DNA of 64,000 nt from contig CAVYGB010000003.1 of assembly GCA_963767925.1 (NCBI GenBank), forward strand, positions 1-64,000, given 5' to 3'. Source of the stretch: an uncultured delta proteobacterium. Lineage in GTDB: Bacteria; Myxococcota_A; Polyangia; Fen-1088. Under the pieces are notes generated by a model. It ran no database searches and had not been told where the DNA came from. It was given only the letters and a program-made list of their open reading frames with translations. Below are positions 29,683-39,382 of the stretch, in pieces. A program made the position numbers and the translations under genes. The stretch's first letter is position 1. Each line of letters begins with the position of its first letter.

Positions 29683-30879
29683 TCAGAGCGGCGCTTCGAG
29701 CCGCAGGACGCGGTGGCCGAGCTGGTCGGTGAAGTAGAGCCGCCCGTCGGGCCCGAAGGCCATGCCCGCCAGCCCGCCTGGCTGGGCGTCGGTCTGCACC
29801 GAGGCCACCTTGCTCCCGTCGAGCCGGAGCTTGTGGATGATCCCGGTGGCGTTGTCCGAGACGTAGAGGTGGCCCTCGTGGATCTCGAGCCCGCTCGGGA
29901 CCATCAGCGTCCCGCTCGCCGCCGTCACCACCTCGGTGAGGGTGGCGCCCGCCATGTCCCAGCTCTGGGCCTCGTCCTGGCGGGGCACGATGGCCCCGCT
30001 CGGCGTGCCGCTGGCGGTGGCCAGCTTGACCACCCGGGCGTTGCCGCTGTCGGCGATGTACAGCATCTGGTCCTCGGCCCGGTAGGCCAGGTGGCTGGCC
30101 ACCCGGGGGACCGCCTTGACCTGTCCCAGCACGTACCGCCAGATCAGCCCGTCGGTGTGGTCGTCGTTGCCCACCCCGTGGTCGAGCTGGAAGTCGTATT
30201 TGCTGATCGACCCGTTGAGCCCGTTGAAGGTCCAGTACACGTTCCCGACGCCGGCCCAGGCGATGCCCATGCACTGCGGGCTCTGGTGGAGCATGTCGAG
30301 GTGGGATCCCAGGGTGCCGTTGCGGACGGCGAACACCGAGAGGTCGCTCGACCACAACACCGGGCCCATGAAGTCGTTGCCCCCGTTGCGCGACTCCTGG
30401 CAGGTGGCGAAGGTGCCCGGGGCCAGGGCGGCGTTGATCGCGGCGTCGTTTGTCGCGTCGGCCCCGAAGGCCAGGCTGGTCGGCGCGGGCATGAAGTGGG
30501 CGTGGTTGCGGTCGCGCCGCTGCTCGACCCGGAAGCCGGCGGCGGTGGCGCCGAACACGAGGGTCACCGAGTTTGTGTCGGCGTTGACCACCCAGAGCTC
30601 GCCCGCGCGCCGGGGGTTGAAGGCCAGGTCGCGCGGTCCGCTGACCTGGGGGGCGGCGGCGAGCAACGTCATCACCGCCGTGCTCTGCACCGGCGGCGCC
30701 GGGGCCCCCAGCTCGCAGCGGTTCCGGCCGGCCTGACAGGACAGCCCCGTGTCGCAGGCGCCCGCGGTGGTGCAGGTGCACCCCTCGCTGCCGACCAGGC
30801 AGGAGGGCTCTTCTCCTTCGCAGCCAGCGGCGAGGGCGGCCGTGGCGAGCACGGTGATGGCGAGGATCCGGTACTTCAT
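29683..30879 (-). CDS. Beta-propeller (NHL-like) lipoprotein
   Basis: Lipobox LAAGC; PRDLAFNP, LYIADSGNARV, GMAFGPDGRLYFTD; GGAGG SD upstream. Confidence 0.85.
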   Translation of the reverse strand: MKYRILAITVLATAALAAGCEGEEPSCLVGSEGCTCTTAGACDTGLSCQAGRNRCELGAPAPPVQSTAVMTLLAAAPQVSGPRDLAFNPRRAGELWVVNADTNSVTLVFGATAAGFRVEQRRDRNHAHFMPAPTSLAFGADATNDAAINAALAPGTFATCQESRNGGNDFMGPVLWSSDLSVFAVRNGTLGSHLDMLHQSPQCMGIAWAGVGNVYWTFNGLNGSISKYDFQLDHGVGNDDHTDGLIWRYVLGQVKAVPRVASHLAYRAEDQMLYIADSGNARVVKLATASGTPSGAIVPRQDEAQSWDMAGATLTEVVTAASGTLMVPSGLEIHEGHLYVSDNATGIIHKLRLDGSKVASVQTDAQPGGLAGMAFGPDGRLYFTDQLGHRVLRLEAPL

Positions 30880-30988
30880 GGCGTGCTTACCTCCTTGGGG
30901 CCGGCGGTCGACCCTACACGTGGGCCTGCCGCCTGTCCACGCGCGCTCGCGCGTCGCGCTGGACGGCGTGGACGCGGTGACATCGTGA

Positions 30989-32395
30989 TCATGGTCGCAC
31001 CTCGAGCATGCCCATCAGGCCGAGCTCGGCGTGATCGAGGATGTGGCAGTGGAACATCCAGAGGCCGGGCCGATCGTCGAAGCGCACCGCCAGCACCGCG
31101 CTGCTGAGGGCCGGCAGGTTGAGGGTGTCCTTCCACTCGACCGGCTCGGCCGGCCGCAACGTCTGCTGGTCGAGGCGCTGGAAGAAGAAGCCGTGCAGGT
31201 GAAAGGGGTGATCGAACCGGGTGTGGTTGGCGACGCTGAAGAGCTGCGTCTCGCCGACCTGCGCGCGCAGGTGGGGATGGCTGCCCGACGGCTGCTCGTT
31301 GATCACGAACCCCTCCGGGCGCTCGCCGATCCGGATCGACTGCTGCACCACCATGGGCGGCAGGGCCAGCCGCTCGATCGTGCGCAGGCGGGCGGGCAGG
31401 GCGGAGCGAACCCCGCCGGCGCCGTCGACAAGATCCAGATACAGGATCTCCTGCGACGGGCCCGGCAGGTCGCCGCCCCGGTCGTGGGGCTGCAGGCGCA
31501 CCGCCACCCGGTCGCCGGCCGCTCCCGCCAGCTCGAGCGCCACCTCCGCCCGCTCGCCCGGCACCAGCAGCAGGCGATCCACCGGCGGCTGGGGGGCTTC
31601 CAGCAGCCCACCATCGCCGCCGACCCGGGTGAGGGTGTGGCCCGCGACCTCGAGCAGGAAGAACCGGCTGCGGGCGGCGTTGATCAGCCGCCAGCGCTGC
31701 CGCTCGCCGCGCGGCACCGCCACCGCCGGCCGCTCGCGGCCGTTGACCAGCACCCGCGGGCCTTCCCGGCCGTTGCGGACGCCGGCGTCGCTGGAGGCGG
31801 TCGGATCCGGGTCGGGCGCGAGGTCGCTCAGCACCAGCAGCACCGGCCGGCCCAGGCTGGCCGCCTCGGCGGCATCTGCTTTTTCTTCCACCACCAGCGG
31901 CGCGTACAGCCCCCGCTCGACCTGCCCCGCCGACTGGTGGTGGGGGTGGTACCAGAAGGTCCCCGCGTCGAGCAGCTCGAAGGCGTAGCGGAAGCTGCCC
32001 CCCGGCGGCACCGCCTCTTCGGCGGTGGCCACGCCGTCCATGGCGTTGGGCACGCGCAGCCCGTGCCAGTGGACGGTTGTCGGCTCGGGCAGCCCATTTT
32101 CGAAGTGGACGATCAGCCGGTCGCCCCGCCGGCCCCGGATGAGCGGCCCCGGGACCTGCCCGTCGTAACCCCACAGGCCCGGACGCAGCGGAGCCGCCGC
32201 CGTCCCCACCGGCCGGGCCTGCACCCGCACCTCGACAACGCCGGGATCGGGGTCGAGGTCCTCGGCGATCGGCAGCGGGATCTCGTCGTAGCTCGGCGGC
32301 CAGGGCCCCGCCGGCGCCGGCGGCGGGTCGTCCCCGGCGCAGCCGGGCCCGCCGGCCAGCCCGAGCAACGCGATCCAGCAGCAAAGCGCCCGCAC
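30989..32395 (-). CDS. Three-domain multicopper oxidase (laccase-like), probable lipoprotein
   Basis: All four Cu motifs: HWHG, WYHPH, HPFHLHG, HCHILDH. GTG start inferred. Confidence 0.92.
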   Translation of the reverse strand: MRALCCWIALLGLAGGPGCAGDDPPPAPAGPWPPSYDEIPLPIAEDLDPDPGVVEVRVQARPVGTAAAPLRPGLWGYDGQVPGPLIRGRRGDRLIVHFENGLPEPTTVHWHGLRVPNAMDGVATAEEAVPPGGSFRYAFELLDAGTFWYHPHHQSAGQVERGLYAPLVVEEKADAAEAASLGRPVLLVLSDLAPDPDPTASSDAGVRNGREGPRVLVNGRERPAVAVPRGERQRWRLINAARSRFFLLEVAGHTLTRVGGDGGLLEAPQPPVDRLLLVPGERAEVALELAGAAGDRVAVRLQPHDRGGDLPGPSQEILYLDLVDGAGGVRSALPARLRTIERLALPPMVVQQSIRIGERPEGFVINEQPSGSHPHLRAQVGETQLFSVANHTRFDHPFHLHGFFFQRLDQQTLRPAEPVEWKDTLNLPALSSAVLAVRFDDRPGLWMFHCHILDHAELGLMGMLEVRP

Positions 32396-32501
32396 GCGCC
32401 CGCAGGTTACACCACGCCGAGCGCCCGCCGGCCGTGGTCGGCGCGCCGCCGTGGTTGGCATCGGACGGAGACCCGGGCATGCTGGCGCCCGGTGCCTGGC
32501 C

Positions 32502-33818
32502 ATGCGCGCTCCTCCATCTCGACGGTCCTCTTCGCCGCCCCGATCCCCGAGCCGGCGTGAAGCGCTCGGCCTGGCCGGCGCCTTCGCCCTGCCGGACGCC
32601 GGGCCGCGCCGCCCCGCCACCCCCGCGCCCCCGGCGGTCGCGCCGGGACCCGGGGGACCGGACCTGGGGAACCTGCACGGGCTGTTCGCCTGGCTGGCCG
32701 AGAGCCAGGGCCCGTCGCTGTCGTTCCTCGATCCCCGCTGGCGCTCGCTGGAGGCCTGGAAGCGGGCGGCCCGCCCCGTCTACAAGCGTCACCTCAGCTA
32801 CGACCCGCCGCCGCTGCCGCTGGCCGCCGAGCTAATCGACCGCGAGGATCGCAGCGGCGAGGGTCCCGGCCTGATCGTCGAATCGGTCCGGATCCGGGCC
32901 ACCTCGGCCTACGACATCCCCGCCAAGGTGCTGTATCCCGCCCAGCGGAAGGGGCGGCTGCCCGGGGTCCTGGCCCTCCACTGCCACAGCGGCCGCTACC
33001 AGTGGGGCCACGAGAAGCTGGTGAGCGCGCCCGGCGACTCGCCGGCCCTGCGCGCCTTCCGCGATCAGGCTTACGGCCGCCCCTGGGCCGAGGCGCTCGC
33101 CCGCCGCGGCTACGTCGTCCTCGTCATCGACGCCTTCTACTTCGGGTCGCGCCGGCTGAAGGTGGAGGCGCTCGATCCGGTGGCGGCCCCCTCGGAGGCC
33201 CGGGATCTGCTCTCCGCCCTGGCGGCGGTGGGACCGGAGAGCCCCGAGCGGCTGGCGGCCATCGACCGCCTGTGTGGCCGCTACGAGCACCTCACCGCCA
33301 AGACCCTCGCCGCCAGCGGCGCTACCTGGCCCGGCCTGCTGGCCTGGGACGATCGCCGCAGCCTCGACTACCTGGCCACCCGGCCCGAGGTGGATCCCCG
33401 GCGGCTGGGCTGCCTGGGGCTGTCGATCGGCGGCCTGCGCACCGCCCACCTGCTCGGCCTCGAGAACCGCCTGCGCGCTGCCTGCGTCGTCGGCTGGATG
33501 ACCGAGTTCGCCCTGCAACTCCGCAACCACCTCCGCTCGCACACCTGGATGGCCTACGTCCCCGGGCTCTACCGCTCGCTCGACCTTCCCGACGTCGCCG
33601 CCCTCGGCGCCCCCGGGGCCCTCCTGGTGCAGCAGTGCTCCCGGGACACCCTCTATCCACCGGACGCGATGAAGGCCGCGGTCACCCGCCTCGAGCGCAT
33701 CTACGCCAAGGCCGGCCTGCGCGACCGCTTCGCCGCCACCTTCCACGACGAGCCCCACAGCTTCCGCCCCGCCATGCAGGACCAGGCCTTCGACTGGCTC
33801 GACCGCTGGCTGACCTGA
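32502..33818 (+). CDS. Alpha/beta hydrolase (dienelactone hydrolase-like), Tat-like signal
   Basis: SRREAL; LATRPEVDPRRLGCLGLSIGG nucleophile elbow; terminal HSF. Confidence 0.85.
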   Translation: MRAPPSRRSSSPPRSPSRREALGLAGAFALPDAGPRRPATPAPPAVAPGPGGPDLGNLHGLFAWLAESQGPSLSFLDPRWRSLEAWKRAARPVYKRHLSYDPPPLPLAAELIDREDRSGEGPGLIVESVRIRATSAYDIPAKVLYPAQRKGRLPGVLALHCHSGRYQWGHEKLVSAPGDSPALRAFRDQAYGRPWAEALARRGYVVLVIDAFYFGSRRLKVEALDPVAAPSEARDLLSALAAVGPESPERLAAIDRLCGRYEHLTAKTLAASGATWPGLLAWDDRRSLDYLATRPEVDPRRLGCLGLSIGGLRTAHLLGLENRLRAACVVGWMTEFALQLRNHLRSHTWMAYVPGLYRSLDLPDVAALGAPGALLVQQCSRDTLYPPDAMKAAVTRLERIYAKAGLRDRFAATFHDEPHSFRPAMQDQAFDWLDRWLT

Positions 33819-34023
33819 TCGGCCGGGCCGCGCTCGGAAGAGGACGGGCCCAAGAGACGCGGAAAAGAGACCCGGGAAAAGGACTCGGAGAAAAGCAGGC
33901 CCCGCTCGACGGATCGCGGGTCCCGCGCGTTCCTCCCCTTGCATGGTCGCACCAGCACGGGGAGCGCGCGGGCCCGGCGGCCGGGGACCCCTCGCCAGCC
34001 TTCGGGTGGGGGGGCGCGAGCCG

Positions 34024-34485
34024 TCAGCTCCGGATGTTGCTGACGGCCGATTTGGCGGTGTCGTGCGCGGACTTCAGGACGTTGCTGAGGGTGGTGAAGC
34101 GGCGGTTCTCGTCCTGGACGTTCTGCTGCAGGTTGAGGAGCTGGAGGTTGAAGCTCTGGCTCTCGCGCTGCATGGCAAACATCTGCGACATCTCCGCGCC
34201 CTGGGTCGGCGCGTTCATCACGCCGGCCGCGCCGCCCGCGCCACCGCCACCGCCACCCGCGCCGCCGCCTCCGGTGAGGGCGCCCCCCAGGACCTGACTG
34301 CCGGCCTCGCGGACCGCAGCCGCGAGCACCGGGCCCCCGACGAGGCCGTTGTTCGACTGGGCGCCACTGACCACCGCCTGGTTTCCCGACAGCACCTGGC
34401 CAAACGGGGTGGAGGGCGCCTGACGGACCTTGGGAGCCTCCATCGGCATGGCGGGCGAGTTGGGATCGACGCGTGGGCTGGACAT
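34024..34485 (-). CDS. Small Gly-rich protein with T3SS needle/rod-like C-terminal helix, paralog A
   Basis: GGAGG SD; C-terminus ...QDENRRFTTLSNVLKSAHDTAKSAVSNIRS, identical to 51961-52443. Confidence 0.75.
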   Translation of the reverse strand: MSSPRVDPNSPAMPMEAPKVRQAPSTPFGQVLSGNQAVVSGAQSNNGLVGGPVLAAAVREAGSQVLGGALTGGGGAGGGGGGAGGAAGVMNAPTQGAEMSQMFAMQRESQSFNLQLLNLQQNVQDENRRFTTLSNVLKSAHDTAKSAVSNIRS

Positions 34486-34751
34486 TCTCGATTGCCTCCT
34501 GCGGCTATCTTCGGACACCAGGGAAAAAGGTTGCTAGGAATTATCGCCAGTGATGATGCATTGCACACAAGGGCCCCTTTTGTGTGCTGCGGCGGTTACA
34601 ATGATGAGGTGTGTAGCGTGTTCGTTACCCTTGCTTCTCGTCCCCGGACCGGGTCGTCGGACCCGGCGCGGGGCCCGTACGCCTCGCCCCCGGGACTGGA
34701 TGGGGCCGCTCGCTCGCGCGACGGCGTTCCGGCACTCCAGTCGGAGCCCCC

Positions 34752-37253
34752 GTGTCGCCGCGGTTGATGGCGCGGCTTGAGCGGGCGCTCGGCGGCGCCG
34801 CCGCCCGCGCGCATCGCCGCCCGCTGCCGGCCCTGCTGATCGCCCTCGGCCTTGTCGGCCTGGGGGTCTGGTCCGCGTCGCGGCTGAGCCTCAACACGGA
34901 TCTCACCGAGCTCTTGCCCCGGTCCTTCGAGAGCGTGCAGGGGCTGGACAAGCTGAAGGACAACTTCGGCGGCATCGGCTACGTCGCGGTCGCCGGCTAC
35001 GGGGCCGAGCCGGAGGGCCTGCGCCGCTTCGCCCGCGAGATGGCGCCCAAGATCGAGGCCCTGCCCGGCATCCGCTTCGTCGAATACGAGCGGGCGAACG
35101 CCTTCTTCGAGGACCGGGCCCTCTATTACCTGTCGCTCGAGGATCTCGGCGAGGTCGAGCAGCGGATCCGGGCCCGCGAGAAATACGAGCGCCGCCAGAA
35201 GAACCCGATGTACATCAAGCTCGATAAGGAGGAAGAGCCGTCGCTCGACTTCTCCGACATCGAGGCGAAGTACAGCGGCCAGTCCTCGCGCCGGCTGTCG
35301 GGCGACGGCGAGGCCTATTACCTCGACCCTCGCGAGAAGATGGTCGTGTTGCTGGCCAAGCCCGAGGGCAACTCGACCGACCTGGGCTTTTCCCGCAGCG
35401 TTGTCGGCCAGGTCGAGAAGCTCCTGGCCCAGCAGGACCTCCGCGCGTACGGCCCCGAGTTCAAGGTCCAGCTCACCGGCACGTACAAGAAGAAGGTCGA
35501 CCAGCAGGCCCAGATCGCCCACGACCTCTCCTCCGCCTCGACGGTCGCCCTGGCCCTGCTGTTCGGCTATCTGCTGTTTCACTTTCGCAGCCTGCTGGCG
35601 GTGGTGTTCAACCTGCTGCCGGTGCTGGCCAGCCTGGCCTGGACCTACGGGGTGGTCGGCTGGATCTACGGCTCGGTCAACCTGCTCACCGGCTTTCTGG
35701 CGGCGATCCTCGGCGGCCTCGGCATCGAGCACGGGATCCACCTGCTGGGGCGCTACGAGGCCCTGCGCCAGCGGGGTGACAGCTCGGAGGCCGCCACCCG
35801 GGAGGCCTTCACCCACACCGGCCTGGCGGCGCTGATCTCCGCGCTGGTGGCGGCGGTGACCTTCCTCTCGCTCGCCATCTCCGAGTTCCGCGCCTTCCGC
35901 GAGTTCGGGGTCATCGCGGCCATCGGCATGGTGCTGGTGGTGGGGGCCTACGTCCTTGTGTTGCCCGCCCTGCTGGGCCTGGCCGGCCGCCTGGGCTGGC
36001 GGCCCTCGAGCGCGGTGGCGACCGGCAGCCGCTCCGAGCTGGCCCGCTGGCTCCTGCTCCCCCGCTTCCGCCGGGCGGTGGCGATCGGCATGGGGGTCTG
36101 GCTGGGGGCGCTGTGCCTCAACGCCCCCAACGCCACCTTCAACTACGACTTCGCCGCGCTCGAGGACAACAGCTTGCCCTCGTTCATCTACGACAAGCTC
36201 ACCAACAAGGTGCTCGGCTATTCGCAGACGCCGGTGGTGGTCTTGACCTCCGATCCCGCGACCGAGCGGGCGGTGGTGGCCGAGCTGAGCCGGCGCAAGA
36301 AGGAGCTCGGCAAGGCCTCGACCGTCGACTTCGTCGCCGCGCTCGACGATCTGGTGCCGCAGCAGCAGCCCGAGAAGCAGGCCCTGCTCGTCTCGATCGG
36401 CGAGGTGCTCGCCAAGGTGAAGCGCGACGGGTTGTCCGAGGACCAGCGGAGCAAGTTCGACGACCTCCAGAAGGCGGTCGCCGCCCAGCCCTTCACCCGG
36501 GCCGATCTGCCGGCCAGCGTGCGCCGCCAGTTCATGGGCATCAAGGAAGACCAGACCGGCTTCGTGCTGGTCTTCCCCGCCATCAGCCTGGCAGACGGCA
36601 GCAAGGTGCGACAGTTCGCTCAGGAGGTCCGGGCGATCTCGGCGCCGGGTGGACAGCAGGTGTCGGCCGCCGGCGAGGCGATGATCCTCGCCGACATCAT
36701 CGAGATGGTCACCCGCGAGATGCCGCGTATCCTCACTGCGGCGGTGGTCTCGGTGCTGTTGGTGATGGGACTCACACTGGGCAGCTTCAAGCTGGCGGTC
36801 CTGTGCCTGTCACCTACCGTGATCTCCCTGATCGCCCTCACGGGTTTGATGCCGCTGTTCGAGCTGCAGTTCAACTACCTCAACATCATCGTGCTCACCG
36901 TGTTGATCGGTGTGACGGTGGACGCCGGGGTGCACCTCGTGTCGCGCCTGCAAACCGCCGGTGAAGACTTCACGGCAGTTTATGGCGAGACCGGCCGCGC
37001 CATCTGCGGCGGCATCTTGACCAGCGCGGTCGGCTTTGGAGCGATGCTCCTGGCCGACCATCCGGGGCTGAACTCGATCGGGCAGATGGCCAACCTGGGA
37101 TTCGCGACGAATCTTCTCGTCATGTTGTTGGCCTTCCCGGCCTTCCTGCTACCCATCTTGATGCGCAGGCGGGAGGCGACAGCGGCTGGCGCTGAACAGA
37201 ACGGCCCTCCCGCTGTGTCCAACGAACCGAAGAAGGAGAGTGCCCCCCCATGA
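34752..37253 (+). CDS. MMPL/RND family transporter (HpnN-like)
   Basis: Two repeats of TM + periplasmic loop + 5 TM; GLGIEHGIHL and GVTVDAGVHL motifs. Confidence 0.9.
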   Translation: MSPRLMARLERALGGAAARAHRRPLPALLIALGLVGLGVWSASRLSLNTDLTELLPRSFESVQGLDKLKDNFGGIGYVAVAGYGAEPEGLRRFAREMAPKIEALPGIRFVEYERANAFFEDRALYYLSLEDLGEVEQRIRAREKYERRQKNPMYIKLDKEEEPSLDFSDIEAKYSGQSSRRLSGDGEAYYLDPREKMVVLLAKPEGNSTDLGFSRSVVGQVEKLLAQQDLRAYGPEFKVQLTGTYKKKVDQQAQIAHDLSSASTVALALLFGYLLFHFRSLLAVVFNLLPVLASLAWTYGVVGWIYGSVNLLTGFLAAILGGLGIEHGIHLLGRYEALRQRGDSSEAATREAFTHTGLAALISALVAAVTFLSLAISEFRAFREFGVIAAIGMVLVVGAYVLVLPALLGLAGRLGWRPSSAVATGSRSELARWLLLPRFRRAVAIGMGVWLGALCLNAPNATFNYDFAALEDNSLPSFIYDKLTNKVLGYSQTPVVVLTSDPATERAVVAELSRRKKELGKASTVDFVAALDDLVPQQQPEKQALLVSIGEVLAKVKRDGLSEDQRSKFDDLQKAVAAQPFTRADLPASVRRQFMGIKEDQTGFVLVFPAISLADGSKVRQFAQEVRAISAPGGQQVSAAGEAMILADIIEMVTREMPRILTAAVVSVLLVMGLTLGSFKLAVLCLSPTVISLIALTGLMPLFELQFNYLNIIVLTVLIGVTVDAGVHLVSRLQTAGEDFTAVYGETGRAICGGILTSAVGFGAMLLADHPGLNSIGQMANLGFATNLLVMLLAFPAFLLPILMRRREATAAGAEQNGPPAVSNEPKKESAPP

Positions 37254-37918
37254 CAACCGCATGCGACATCGTTGTGCGCCGGCGCCGGCTGCTTATCGCG
37301 GCGGCCGCTGGTGGACTGTGGCTGATCGGCGCTGTCTCACCCACCTGGGCCGCCCCCGCCGCCGGAGAACGCACCGAGGCCCTCATCGCCACCTTCAAGA
37401 AGGTGAAGTCGGGGGACAAGCTCACCGCCGCCGACCGCAAGGCCAACGAGCAGGTCTTCACCGAGATCGACAAGTTCCTCGACTTCGAGGCGCTCACCAC
37501 CCGGCCCATCGAGCCGCGCGCGGACAAGTTCACGGCCAAGCAGAAGGCGGAGTTTTCCAGCAAGTTTCGCGAGCTGGTCCGGGCCATCGCCTACCCCGAC
37601 TCGGGCAGCTTCTTCCGGGACGCCAGGATGAAGTTCGGGGCCCCGGTCGAGAAGGGCGAGGTCACCGTGGTCCCCATCGACGCCAGTGTGCCGAAGGACG
37701 ATCTCAAGACCAAGCTCGAGTTCCACTGGGCCAAGAAGGACGGAGCGCTTAAGATCAGCGACGTGGCGTTCGATGGCGACTCGCTCATCAAGGACTACCA
37801 GAACCAGTTCGCCCGCATCATCGACAAGGAGGGCGTGGCCGGTCTGATGAAGAAGCTCGACGAGAAGAAGGCCGAGCTCGATCGGGGCGCGGCCAAGGGG
37901 GCCCGGGCAGCGAAATGA
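37250..37918 (+). CDS. MlaC/Ttg2D (HpnM-like) periplasmic lipid-binding protein
   Basis: 'LDFEAL', 'KISDVAFDGDSLIKDYQNQFARII..EG..GL' MlaC signature; 4-bp overlap with neighbours. Confidence 0.88.
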   Translation: MTTACDIVVRRRRLLIAAAAGGLWLIGAVSPTWAAPAAGERTEALIATFKKVKSGDKLTAADRKANEQVFTEIDKFLDFEALTTRPIEPRADKFTAKQKAEFSSKFRELVRAIAYPDSGSFFRDARMKFGAPVEKGEVTVVPIDASVPKDDLKTKLEFHWAKKDGALKISDVAFDGDSLIKDYQNQFARIIDKEGVAGLMKKLDEKKAELDRGAAKGARAAK

Positions 37919-39360
37919 CAGGCCCACGGGCGGGTCTACTTTCACGACCGCCCGCCCGGGCGCTGAAGCTGTTTTTGCCAGCGCTGCTGGCGCTGGCCGC
38001 CCTGCCGGCCGGCGCCGCCGCCCAGACTGCCACGCCAGCCGTGAAGACCGAGCCGGCCGCGCGGTCCGGGGCCGAGCCGCGCAAGGTGACGCCCGACGAG
38101 GCGGTGGCCATCGCCCTGCGCGACAGCGGGCAGGTGCTCGAGGCCCAGGGCAAGGTGCAAGAGTGGGTGGGGCGGCTGGCCGAGGTGCAGTCGGTGTTTT
38201 ATCCCAAGCTGGTCGGGATGGGCTACCTGGCGCCGATGTTCCGGGTGCGCGACAAGCCCGACCTGCGCAGCGCCCCCGACGTGGAGCGCGACTTCACCGA
38301 GTGGGGACCGTACCTGCACCTGCAGGCGGTGCTGGCCCAGCCCCTCTACACCTTCGGGCGTGTCGCCGCGGGCAAGCAGGCGGCCCAGGCCCGGGTCGAG
38401 GTGGAGCGGGCCCGGGTGGAGCAGACCCGCAACGTGCTGGCGTTCGAGGTGCGCAAGTTCTACTGGCTGCACCTGTTCGCGCACAGCATGCGCCCCGCCC
38501 TGGAGAACGCCCGGGAGATCCTCGACAAGGCCCAGAACAAGGCCAGGGAGGAGTACGAGGACAACACCGGCAAGGTGACGAACGTCGACATCCAGCGGCT
38601 GGCCTTCGCCTCGTCGGAGCTCGACAAGGTCCGCATCCAGGCCGAGATCGGGGAGGACCTGGCCCTGGCGGCCATGAAACACAGCATGGGGTTGCCCCAG
38701 GACGCCCCCGTCGTCGCCGCCGACGAGATGTTGCCCGACCCGCCCGAGAACCTGCCCCCGCTGCCGGCCCTGCTGAAGAAGGCCTCCGAGGGGCGGCCCG
38801 AGTGGACCCAGATCAAGCGGGGCAAGGAGGGCGCCCTCTCGCTCGAGCAGGCCGAGAAGCTGGCCAACGCGCCGGTGGTCTTCCTGGGCGGGCAGTTCTA
38901 CGCCGACTGGACCCCCATGCGTCCCGACGTCCGCAACCCGTACAACTGGGACCCCTACAACCAGATGTTCGGGGGCGTGGCGCTGGGCCTCATGTTCGAC
39001 TTCGACCCCGTCAAGGCGGCGGCCAAGGCCCAGCAGGCCCGGGCCCTGCAGACCCAGGTCGAGGGCCTGGAGCGGTTCGCCCGCACCGGCATCCCGATGG
39101 AGGTGCGCAAGGCCCACGACGAGGCCGTCCAGGCCAAGCGCATCGCCGCCGTCGCCGAGGAGGGCTCCACCGCCGCCCGCAAGTGGATGATCTTCGCCGG
39201 CGCCGCCTTCGCCACCGGCACCGGCGAGGCCAAGGACCTGCTCGAGGGCCTGGCCGCCTACCTGCAGGCCAAGCGTGGCCACTACGAGGCCCTGCAGAAC
39301 ATGCAGGTCGCCCTGGCCCAGCTCCTCTACGTCACCGGGGAGAGCGGCGGCAAGCCGTAG
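37915..39360 (+). CDS. TolC family outer membrane efflux protein
   Basis: Signal peptide; 'EAVAIAL', 'QPLYTFG', 'RPE', two OEP-like repeats. Confidence 0.88.
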   Translation: MTGPRAGLLSRPPARALKLFLPALLALAALPAGAAAQTATPAVKTEPAARSGAEPRKVTPDEAVAIALRDSGQVLEAQGKVQEWVGRLAEVQSVFYPKLVGMGYLAPMFRVRDKPDLRSAPDVERDFTEWGPYLHLQAVLAQPLYTFGRVAAGKQAAQARVEVERARVEQTRNVLAFEVRKFYWLHLFAHSMRPALENAREILDKAQNKAREEYEDNTGKVTNVDIQRLAFASSELDKVRIQAEIGEDLALAAMKHSMGLPQDAPVVAADEMLPDPPENLPPLPALLKKASEGRPEWTQIKRGKEGALSLEQAEKLANAPVVFLGGQFYADWTPMRPDVRNPYNWDPYNQMFGGVALGLMFDFDPVKAAAKAQQARALQTQVEGLERFARTGIPMEVRKAHDEAVQAKRIAAVAEEGSTAARKWMIFAGAAFATGTGEAKDLLEGLAAYLQAKRGHYEALQNMQVALAQLLYVTGESGGKP

Positions 39361-39382
39361 CGCACCCGCGAACGCCGGAGGG

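Noticed and set aside
29006..30781. 591-aa ORF as a full-length QueA
   Set aside because: Its N-terminal two-thirds is an alternate frame of the beta-propeller gene; only the last ~180 aa are QueA-like.
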